Shown here: positions 43,301-53,080 of the stretch, piece by piece
Layout of the letters: each line of letters starts with the position of its first letter
Numbering within the stretch: the first letter of the stretch is position 1
From: Balanoglossus misakiensis
Lineage: Eukaryota; Animalia; Hemichordata
DNA: 64,000 bases
Direction: 5' to 3'
Assembly: GCA_040954595.2 (NCBI GenBank)
Contig: CM082576.2
Span: 19,391,028-19,455,027 of the forward strand
Translations under genes and position numbers: made by a program
The notes under the pieces: model-generated
Database searches by the model: none
Seen by the model: the letters and a program-made list of their open reading frames with translations, nothing else
What the model was told of the DNA's origin: nothing

Positions 43301-45326
43301 CAAAATCTCAAAATTTCGTCGATTTTTGAAAAAATCATGGGTGAAAATCATGAAAAAATGACAAATTTTCGACTTTGCAAAATCTGAAAATTTCGTCGAT
43401 TTTTGAAAAAAATCATGGGGGAAAATGATCAAAAAATGACAAATTTTCGACTGGAAAATCTCAAAATTTCGTCAATTTTGAAAAAAATCATGGTCGAAAA
43501 TCATCAAATAATGACAATTTTTTTACTGCAAAATCTCAAAATTTCATCGATTTTTGAAAAAAATCATGGGTGAAAATCATCAAAAAATGACAAATTTTCG
43601 ACTTTGCAAAATCTCAAAATTTCGTCGATTTTTGAAGAAAATCAAGGGTGAAAATCATCAAAAAATGACAAATTTTCGACTTTGCAAAATCTCAAAATTT
43701 CGTCGATTTTTGAAAAAAATCATGGGGAAAATGATCAAAAAATGACAAATTTTCGACTGCAACATTTCAAAATTTCGTCAATTTTGAAAAAATCATGGGT
43801 GAAAATCATCAAAAAATGACAAATTTTCGACTGCAAAATCTCAAAATTTCGTCGATTTTTGAAAAAAAAACGGGTGAAAATCATCAAAAAATGACAAATT
43901 TTCGATGCAAAGACTCAAAATTTCGTCAATTTTGAAAAAAATCATGGGTGAAAATCATCAAAAAATGACAAATTTTCCTCTTTGCAAAATCTATAAATTT
44001 CGTCGATTTTTGAAAAATTTTCAACTTTGCAAAATCTCAAAATTTCGTCGATTTTTGAAAAAAATCATGGGGGAAAATCATCAAAAAATGACAAATTTTC
44101 GACTGCAAAATCTCAAAATTTCGTCGATTTTTGAAATAAATCATTGTTGAAAATTATCAAAAAATGACAAATTTTCCTCTTTGCAAAATCTCAAAATTTC
44201 GTCGATTTTTTGAAAAAAGACGGGTGAAAATCATCTAAAAATGACAAATTTTCGACTTTGCAAAATCTCAAAATTTCGTTGATTTTTGAAAAAAATCATG
44301 GGGGAAAATCATCAAAAAATGACAAATTTACGACTACAAAATCTCAAAATTTCGTCGATTTGTGAAAAAAAATCATGGGTGAAAATCATCAAAAAATGAC
44401 AAATTTTCGACTTTGCAAAATCTCAAAATTTTGCCAATTTTGAAAAAATCATGGGTGAAAATCATCAAAAAATGACAAATTTTTTACTGCAAGATCTCAA
44501 ATTTTCGTCGATTTTTTAAAAAAATTGTTGAAAATCATCAAAAAATGACAAATTTTTGACTGCAAAATCTCAAAATTTCGTCGATTTTTGAAAAAAAATC
44601 ATTGTTGAAAATCATCACAAAATGACAAATTTTCCTCTTTGCAAAATCTCAAAATTTCGTCGATTTTTGAAAAAAGACATGGGTGAAAATCATCAAAAAA
44701 TGACAAATTTACGACTGCAAAATCTCAAAATTTCGTCGATTTGTGAAAAAAAATCATGGGTGAAAATCATCAAAAAATGACAAATTTTTGACTGCAAAAT
44801 CTCAAAATTTCGTCAATTTTTGAAAAAAATCATGGTTGAAAATCATCATGACAATGACAAATTTTCGACTTTGCAAAATCTCAAAATTTCGTCGATTTTG
44901 AAAAAAATCATGGGTTCGTCCATTTTTGAAAAAAAAACATTCGGTGAAAATCATCAAAAAATGACAAATTTTCGACTTTGCAAAATCTCAAAATTTCGTC
45001 GATTTTTGAAGAAAATCATGGGTGAAAATCATCAAAAAATTACAAATTTTCGACTTTGCAAAATCTCAAAATTTCGTCAATTTTGAAAAAAATCATCGGT
45101 GAAAATCATCAAAAAATTACAAATTTTTTACTGCAAAATCTCAAATTTTCGTCGATTTTTTAAAAAAATTGTTGAAAATCATCAAAAAATGACAAATTTT
45201 CCTCTCTTGCAAAATCTCAAAATTTCGTCGATTTTTGAAAAAAGACGGGTGAAAATCATCAAAAAATGACAAATTTTCGACTTTGCAAAATCTCAAAATT
45301 TCGTCGATTTTTGAAAAAAATCATGG
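10396..45326. repeat. AT-rich satellite DNA, ~76-79-bp monomer, main block with higher-order duplications
   Basis: Same monomer and orientation as the first block. It ends abruptly at ...AAAATCATGG (45326). Identical variant series recur at kb offsets. Confidence 0.98.
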
Positions 45327-46208
45327 CAGGTGTCAAAGGTATCCCCCTGTATTTGGCATTTCATGATAGTTTCCTCCCTCCAAATACCAAAGCTGCACCT
45401 GTACAACGGGATGAGATATGGCACTGTATGACAGAGGTCATCAAAATCACCTTATACATTTGGGCAAAAACCAACTGACACTTACATTCGTCCCTGTGGA
45501 ACAAAAACCACACCTATCGCCCTGTTGGTTAGTGTACAATTAAATGTACAAAATCAATGACTTAGGCAGGTGCAACAGGTGACCCCGCCTTTGGTATGTC
45601 ATTATGGTCCCATCCGTATATGCCCCCCCCCCCCAAGCCAAAGCTGCATGCATCTTCTGTAGATGCTCACTAAGCAAAAGTAGGTGAAAGGTCACATAAG
45701 GTCGCCCACAACTTGACGGGAAAATCGGACTTCATATTGATCCATGTGCAACAAATACCACGCTACCACCCCTTTCATTGACCCCACAATTACGCATGCA
45801 CATAATTATTGAGTTACGCAGGTGTCACAGGTGACCCCCGAATCGGGTGTATTATTTTGGTCCCATACAGCTGCATGTAGCTGCGTGCCGTTACGGGCGA
45901 CCTGATAACCCACACGGCCACCTGCGGGCCGACCCCCATACTGAACGTCCAGTTGCAACATCACGACTGAAGTAGGAACTTTTGAACGGCAACGAAGCCT
46001 GATCTCTGATTATTGCTGGTACCATACTCCCTTCGTGCAAGAAAATCACTGGTCTGCTGACGTATTTCAGGCAATTTCCCAAACTACTATCCACTACATG
46101 TGACTACAATGCTAATGAAACCTCCCACAACATTAGCGACTTAGAGTCAAAGCCCACTGCCAGTGTAGCCGGGTTTGCGTAGACACATTTGAATGGCAAC
46201 AGCTAACA
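45325..46208. repeat. Old degenerate ~240-250-bp tandem repeats (resuming after the LINE at ~49341-49550)
   Basis: Anchors (G/C)GCAGGTG..AGGT..CCCC at 45325, 45565 and 45817, and CCAAAGCTGCA at 45387 and 45638. A second unit type, TCACTGGTCTG..ACGTATTTCAG..TGCTAATGA..CACAACAT..GTCAAAG, occurs at 46046 and 49425. These are ~247 bp apart once the LINE is removed. Confidence 0.7.
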
Positions 46209-46318
46209 AATAATAATAATTCTTTATTTCAGACTTTAAAAAAAGTCCATATACCCAAAAGAGAGAAGAAAAAAAAACAATAATAATAATCTGACACTGA
46301 GACACACACAAAAAAAAC

Positions 46319-49300
46319 TTACATGATATACAATTGCTTTCGCCAATGTTTGAAAAATATGCTGTCAGTCGCTCTATCTGATGAACAGATCGCATCAAGT
46401 AAAACATTAGAAGAATTTTCGAGTCTACGCTTAAGATGGGTCCCTGGGATCTTTTTGCTCGTTGCTATGGGCCTTTATAGGACATTACACCCCGATTTGG
46501 ACTAAGCCGTTTTCAGAGTCTAACAAGGGGCTGGTAACTAGTTGAAAATCTGCACGATTGTGAGCGCGCGCCCCCTGACGCCATTGATATGAAAATTAGC
46601 TAGGTCAAATTTCAAAAGCCTAAGGCTTTTTATTCCGTCACCTCAAAAACGAACTTGATACGTATTCATTAGTTGCTTGAACCAGGGAAGATCGTGACGG
46701 ATTTTGTTTTCGAATATTATCGTTGTATCCTAAGATTTCAGCATACCCGTACCACACCTGAAAAAGTCATCGATTTTGGGTGTTTTTGGACGCACTCTTC
46801 CAGCGGTATCGCTTCTTAGCACGACGAAAACCGAAAAAACGATCCGTCACACTGTGCGGAAGTGCGTTCTCAACAAGCAGGTCAAATTTGACTGGCGTAC
46901 GTGGCCTATGAAAAAAGCCTTAGGGATTTTCGTGAACGGTACAAAATCTCTGTGTACAAAACATTGGATTTTTAGCGTTCGATCCAGTTACTGTGGTTAC
47001 AGGACGCGCACGCTATCGCTGACCGCTGCTTTGCCGTATTAGCGTGGCGGCCTATGGCCGGGTGGTAGCTGCCGTCAACATACTCGGACAGGGGGTGTGC
47101 ACACAATCGTGCAGATTTTCAACTAGTTACCAGCCCCTTGTTAGACTCTGAAAACGGCTTAGTCCAAATCGGGGTGTAATGTCCTATAAAGGCCCATAGC
47201 AACGAGCAAAAAGATCCCAGGGACCCATCTTAAAACTGTACATATTGCGTCTAAAAACTTCACCAAGTGACAATACATGTACATGGTTTGTAGCAAACAT
47301 ACCCGATGCACAGCAAAATGGCGGAAGACCGAGAAATCTTCTCCAAACATTATTGTACATAGTTTTAAATTTTTTCATCGGTTTAACTTTAAAGGATGCC
47401 CACAAACTGCAACAGTAAATATTACTACAATATGCCAAAAATAAAACTTTCTTCACATCTTGACTACAATGTTGAAAATGTCTCAATAGCATGTTTGCTC
47501 TTACACAAAATGCTCTTCTCTGTCGTTCAATATCTTCATTATCACAACCATCACAAGATATAACATGGCCCAGATAGGTGTGTACAGGTACAAACTTTAA
47601 AGTGATGTCATTAAGTTTAACCGAAGGAATTCATTGAACGCTCATATTCTTCCCATTAAAAAGCATGCACACAGTTTTACTAGAATTATAAATGATATCA
47701 TAATCCTTGCCATAAATTTCACAAATTCTAAGAAGACGGCGTAGACCCTTAATACTTGGACTGAGTAGAGTCATGTCGTCAGCGTAACCTAAAGTGTTAG
47801 CGCTGACACCAGACATGGTACAGCCAACTTTGGCTTTACAGAGTGCATTGATAATATCATCAATGTAGACATTAAAAAGATAGGGAGAGAGTACCCCCCC
47901 TTGTCTTACACCGTTAGAAACAGAAAACAACTCTGAGGGTTCATTACCCCACAACACAGTAAACAATTGATTTCTGTACCATTAATATAAAATTCGTACA
48001 GCATACAAGGGAACATTCCTGTCGATGTGCTTGTTAATTATAACCAGTTTAAAGTGATTAACTCTGTCAAAAGCTTTTGAAGCATCCAGAAAACAAGTAA
48101 ACACTGGTCTTCCATTGCTGGTGTAGTAGCTAATGATTTCTTTAAATGCAAATAAACACAGGTCAGTTGAATGTTCTCGCTTGAAACCAAATTGTAAATA
48201 ATGAGAGGTAAGAAACTCCTCACAACGAAAAAGTAAAATATGCTCAAAAACTTTAGAGAAAACAGTTGCTAGTGCTATCGGCCGGTAGTTACTGGCATCA
48301 CTACAAAGCTTAGTTTTATCCTTAATAATTGGAACTAAATTAACATTGATAGCCTCAGTTGGCAGGTAACCATGAACAATCATTGCATTAATACAACAAG
48401 TCAGAAAGGGTAAAATAGAGGAGTCTGAGAATTTGAGGTGCTCAGCTAAAATATTGTCAATGCCAGCTGTCTTACCGTCAGGTAACTTATGTATAGCAGA
48501 AATTACTTCGTCTTCAGAAACATACATATCAGAAGAAAATTTAACATACTTCATTTTCTCCTCGATGTCATTTTTACCAGTCTGAGCCTGGACAGAATTC
48601 AAAATATCACTGAAATGCTTGTGCCACATAATTGCAATTTCACTCTCACCAGTCGCTCCACCTACAGTGTCAGAAAGCGGCGTTTTTCTGCTAGTTTGCT
48701 TTCTGACTTCCTCCCAGAAGTCGTTCTGTTTGTGGCAGCGTAAATTATCAGCCATCTTGTCAGCCCTATTTTGATTCTCAATCTTTTTACAAGCACGTAA
48801 AGCATACTAAAAACGAGCTCTGGAAGATTTCATGGTTTCAAAAAGCGGGCCTTGTTTAGGTTTACCCACATTAACCCATAATAAAAACATGGAACGGGCA
48901 TAGTCGTGACTTTCTTTTACAAAATCGTTCCAGCCAGGCACAACATGAACTTTCTGGTGAAACTTACGTCTAATGGTATCTTTTGCAGCACAATTCAATG
49001 CGTCCACAATACTACTATAACAAGTATCAATTGCCTGTAAATGCGAAGGGTCTGTACAGTTCACATTAGTGCAGAATAACTCTTCGGATAAATTAATCTT
49101 ATCAATCTTGGCTTTGGTACAACCGGTGTAGGCGGATATATTCTGCTGTGACAATTTTTTCCAATCAACTCGAAAATTACATTGCTTGAAGGAACTACTG
49201 CTGAAGCTTTCATCAGCAGAAGTGTTGAAATGAACCTCTATTGAAACAGGAATATGGTCGGAGTCAACAACATTGCAAAGACTCGAAATTGAAAGAACAT

Positions 49301-49340
49301 TGCTATGAGAAATTTCAGTGGTAACACAGTAGTCAATCCA
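46319..49340 (-). pseudogene. Disrupted LINE ORF2 (endonuclease remnant plus reverse transcriptase)
   Basis: ORFs 48807-49154, 47982-48755, 47631-47966 and 47184-47492 share one frame, separated by single stops (TAG, TAA, TGA). After excising the MITE at 46435-47229 the frame continues ..RRNMYSFKRRLENSSNVLLDAICSSD..KHWRKQLYIM* to 46319. Confidence 0.9.
46435..47229. mobile_element. Kolobok-like non-autonomous element (MITE) nested in the LINE
   Basis: TTAA TSD at 46431-46434 and 47230-47233. The ~128-bp TIRs are near perfect and start GATGGGTCCCTGGGATC. 5'-RR termini with TTAA fit Kolobok rather than piggyBac (5'-CC). Confidence 0.85.
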
Positions 49341-49549
49341 AACTCAGCGTAATTCAATAAAACGCCCTAACACAGCCTGAACTCCGATAATGTGTTGTCC
49401 CAAAATTCATTCCGTGGAAAATAATCACTGGTCTGTTTACGTATTTCAGCCGATTTTCCAAGGACTACTGCAACCCGCCAGAAGTGAGTAGCCTGCTAAT
49501 GAGATCTCCACAACATAACGTAATGACGGTCAAAGTCCGATGCCCCAGT

Positions 49550-49944
49550 GTCCGTCCTCAGCCCACCAAAAAAAGCGAAAAAATATTACAAAAATCTTCT
49601 TCTCAAAATCGACGTGGCCTAGGACCTTGAAATTTGGCACAGGGGATTTTGGCCACATGGTCTACAAAAATCGCGAAAAGAATTTACATGCCCCCATTAA
49701 CGTGCAAATTAGGTCAATTTGAAAATTTCGCTCGATTATAGCAACAAAGTCACGTGACTAATTACAAATTCAAAGGGCTGGTGCACCAGTACTATGGGCC
49801 CCAACCACCGTGCCAAATTTGGAAGGCGCACCTGCCGGAATTTCAGAGAAAAACGGGCGCAAAAAAACGACTCAAGATGAAAGAAGACAAACTCCAGCAA
49901 TAACAGAAGGGGACCAAGCGCCTGAGGGCTCTTGGTCCCCTAAA
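49550..49944 (+). mobile_element. Probable end of a non-autonomous Helentron (HINE/DINE-like) element
   Basis: CAATAACAGA is followed by an 11-bp-stem hairpin AGGGGACCAAG..CTTGGTCCCCT (49908-49941) and then AAA. An inverted motif pair AAATTTGGCAC / GTGCCAAATTT lies upstream. The family call rests on recalled architecture only. Confidence 0.5.
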
Positions 49945-50678
49945 TATGGGACTAAACTTGACAGATACCCGGAATATTTTCCTATTCAGGATACCTGGTT
50001 GCATTTCCACCTAAAGGCGTCCTTATGGCGTGGAAATTGTATAACTTGAAATCGTTTGACTGGGTGATAGGTATTAATATCTTATGATGTTATAAAACAC
50101 TTGGCTCGCCGAAGGTATGGACCGATTATAGCGTCAGTCGTGTCATACAATCTATATGAACGTCATGGGTCAATAAACTTGATGGTCCAATAAAATTCAA
50201 TGGTTAGTAAAACTATTGTGTCCAATGTCTGCAGAGTATACTGGCTGCAACATGTGTATGAGTCAGGATTAATGTCTGTAGCCATCAACCCAAAAGGTGA
50301 ACGTCCTATTCTCACTAACTTAAATAGGTTTTGCGACCTAGTCTAGTTATAAAAACCTTATGATAAAGTCGACACAATTTCAAGATGACGATGTGCAAAT
50401 GAGAGTTCATAAGCTAAAGTAAAGTTCAATGAATTCTATACAAAGTTCAAAAAAGATTGTTTACTAAAGGAAGACATGAAAAAACTGATATCGTCTCTTC
50501 ATATTCGTACATGTCCAACTGTTGTGATTTGACCCCCCCCCCCCCAGGACATGGTACATGAAGCTATTACTTAGTACACACTTAAACAATTGGCATTTGA
50601 AGTGCCTTGCTTGACAGTGTTTAATGCGGTGGTCAGTCGCGTTTATCTCTCGCCACTTCATGCATCATGTCGCCTTAA

Positions 50679-50986
50679 AGGGGCAAACTCTCTCTCCCGT
50701 CGCCCTTTTCTATTAATAATGTTTGATACAAGACACCGTTTATATTAATGGGCATGTGTATATGTAGTGAATGAACGTTCAACCACACACAACTTCCATC
50801 CTGCTTGTATGATATGAGAGTAAAAACTCGCCCAAAATGAATAAATGGTAGAGACCGATTTTTCAGTTTGGCGAGTTTTCGCTCTCGTGTCTACATGCGG
50901 GATGGAAGGTGTGTGCGGTTGAACGTTGCATCACTATATATCCACATTTACATTAACATAAACGGTGTTTTGTATTGTCATTTCTT
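50679..50986. mobile_element. Palindromic Kolobok-like MITE, copy A (right end decayed)
   Basis: TTAA|AGGGGCA start and ~120-bp inverted arms (GAACGTTCAACC..CTTCCATCC / GGATGGAAG..GGTTGAACGTT). Homologous to 51768-52058. Confidence 0.75.
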
Positions 50987-51369
50987 TTAATCGTGGATTT
51001 TCGTTTCTGATTTGTATGTATAATGAAAATCCATTTTGGGTCACTGCACTTGTTTTTGACTTTAAACAAGGCCGTGAATTTAGTCGATAATTGAAGAAAA
51101 CTGCTGACGGTCAGCATTTTCTACCAATGGTTTGCCTATGGATACAATATTGAACAAAGTTTATCTCAAAATAGACCGTGGTGAATTTATTTTGATTTGT
51201 CGGAGCTATGTGTAAAATTTCCTGAAAATGACAATAATAGAAGGGAGTTTTCTAACTATTATCCATGTACTCCTATGGGAAGAGACACAGGCGCACAGTT
51301 TACCAGTTGACGTTCTGCGCGTACATCATTGAGTGTACTGGCAGCTAACTTATTGTTTATTTGTAACAG

Positions 51370-51427
51370 CAATTGGATCTTGGAGCACTGTTTGGAACAC
51401 CCTTTGTGAAATATGAATGTCCAGAAG
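51370..51427 (+). CDS. Exon: linker and start of C-type lectin domain (QLDLGALFGTPFVKYECPE)
   Basis: TTTGTAACAG acceptor and G|GTAAGT donor. Ends C-P-E-(G) in phase 1, matching the next exon. Confidence 0.7.
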
Positions 51428-51767
51428 GTAAGTTGAATTGACCCTAGCCCTTTCACCAACATGGTTCAGTCAAAACCAATTGTTTTCTATGGTAATGTTG
51501 GACCTCTAAAGAGGAAACGGGGGGGGGGGGTGATGAAAGGTTTAAGACTTACAGATCACAACTTAAATAGCCATTCAGAAAGAGGCTTAGAGTGGAGTAT
51601 CAAATCGGACGATACCACTGACTGGTGGAGGAAGACAAAATAAGCAAACTGAGTAGATGAGTGCTCAGATTTCTTCAGAGGACCAAACGTTTCAAAGAAT
51701 TATACGTGACAATCCATGCCTGGTCCGTCAGTAGATATAAACAGAACATTGTGGCTGTATTCATTAA

Positions 51768-52058
51768 AGGGACAAAGTCTCTCTCTCGCTGCCCTTTTTC
51801 CATTAATTATGTTTGATACAAGACTGCGTTTATATTATTCTACATGTGGATATAGTGAATCAACGTTCAACCATACACACCTTCCACTCCGCTTGTATAG
51901 ACACGAGAGTTTTAAAAAGTCGCCAAAATGAATAAACGGTCTCTACCATTTATTCATTTCGGGCGGGTTTTTACTCTCGTATCATACAAGCGGGATGGAA
52001 GTTGTGTGTGGTTGAACGTTCATTCACTAACATAAACGGTGTCTTGTATCATGTCCCT
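51768..52058. mobile_element. Palindromic Kolobok-like MITE, copy B (intronic)
   Basis: TTAA|AGGGACA...TGTCCCT|TTAA with long internal inverted arms. Confidence 0.85.
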
Positions 52059-52125
52059 TTAACACTTTTGAAGCATTTTACTAATGCTAACATGACTAGA
52101 CCAATTGAATGATGTTACATTGCAG

Positions 52126-52207
52126 GTTATCAACTCAGAGGGGCGTCTTGTTATAAAGCGGTACCTGACAAACAATCAGCTGGCAACGCTGAAAATACCT
52201 GTCAGTC
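52126..52207 (+). CDS. Exon: C-type lectin N-terminal part (GYQLRGASCYKAVPDKQSAGNAENTCQS)
   Basis: TTGCAG acceptor and GTAAGT donor. Contains the SCYK and A..TC CTLD signature. Phase 1 in, phase 2 out. Missed by the ORF track. Confidence 0.85.
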
Positions 52208-52839
52208 GTAAGTATGAAAGTATACATCATTTGAGTAGAATTTTATGGGAGATCCTAACAAGGCTTGGACATGTCACGCACAAATACAAAGGGCGCGTAT
52301 AAAGACAGACAAAACCTCGCTTAGTGTGAGGTGTTCAGCGATTGCATCTGATAAGTCGAAAATGCTTGATCACATGTCATGTTCAGTTGGGAAATTGGAT
52401 ATGTCTCAGGCCAAAAAAACTAATATGTGCTATTCCGATTACATGGTTTTCAAAAATAGGGTAGGTAGAAAGGGACATTTTTTTATGTTTCAATTTTTTT
52501 ATATCTTTGGCCGTCGTAGTGTAGAAGAATGACATCATAGTTCTTGCGTGATTCTCGCAATTTTCATGAATTGTTGTATATTTGACATCGTTATTTTTAC
52601 TTCCGGTTTACGAAGATCTAAACTGTTTTGGGTCGGCGGGCTAAAATTAGGGTAGTTCGGGTAATCGTTATGACATTGGGAGCTACGGCTGCAAAGCCAT
52701 GTGTCTCGTGCGAAAAGGGCCCTTAACCTTTTGCAATATTTAACAGCAAACAACAGACAGTTTTGAGAATAAAAGGTTTCCGTCGTGTCTGACTTTCATA
52801 TCGCATTAATAGCATATCCCTAAATTTAAAGAAATTAGG

Positions 52840-53080
52840 AGAGACAGAGTGAAACAGGCAGAGTGGCAGACAGACACAAGCAGACAGACAGAGCAACATT
52901 CATCAGTAGAGACACTCATCGGTCGCTCGCTCGCTCGCTCGCTCACTCTCTCTCTCAGAGAGAGGGGGCAGACAGTCAGACAGACCGACGTTGACAGACA
53001 GTCAGTAAGTCAGTCAGCCAGTTAATCAGTCAGTCAGACGTCAAAGACACAGTGACACAAACACAGCGAGGGAGACAAAA
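52840..53080. repeat. Compound degenerate microsatellite: (GACA)n, (TCGC)n, (TC)n, (CAGT)n
   Basis: Visible directly, e.g. CAGACAGACAGA, TCGCTCGCTCGCTCGC, TCAGTCAGTCAG. Confidence 0.8.

Larger units (their letters stand above)
46209..49340 (-). mobile_element. 5'-truncated non-LTR retrotransposon (APE-RT LINE, probably CR1/L2 group)
   Basis: The minus strand carries the APE endonuclease C-terminus (WIDYCV..DSDHIPV) and RT motifs (NYRPIAL, QFGFK, FLDASKAFDRVNH, GVRQGGVLSPYLF, YADD, YLG). The 3' end reads TCTGAAATAAAG followed by an (ATT)n tail. The clade is not resolved. Confidence 0.93.

Noticed and set aside
1-45326. CRISPR-like or other repeat-spacer array
   Set aside because: There are no unique spacers, the units are contiguous satellite monomers, there are no cas genes, and the context is eukaryotic.
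1224-45478. Dozens of K/F/I-rich ORFs (MGENHQKMTNFRLCKISKFRRFLKKI repeats)
   Set aside because: The 78-bp monomer is 26 codons and happens to be stop-free in some frames. A-run slippage shifts frame freely, so there is no sign of coding constraint.
46435-47229. piggyBac assignment and the mirrored ORFs 46323-46505 / 47159-47350
   Set aside because: The termini are GA..TC rather than CC..GG. The shared peptide arises only from reading the two TIRs on opposite strands.
46205-49345. TSD for the LINE
   Set aside because: Only CAAA is shared at the two junctions, which is too short and A-rich to distinguish from chance or microhomology.
51620-51725. Penelope-type 3' end or hammerhead ribozyme
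   Set aside because: Only a vague resemblance (..GATGAG..CCAAACGTTTC). No intact CTGAnGA/GAAA core with supporting stems was found. The CTGATGA hits at ~7598 and ~9962 also lack them.
52408-52730. Possible Zator/PIF-like or Kolobok-like element ends (GGCCAAAAAAA..; ..GGGCCCTTAA)
   Set aside because: I could not pair the termini or find a TSD, so it is left unannotated.
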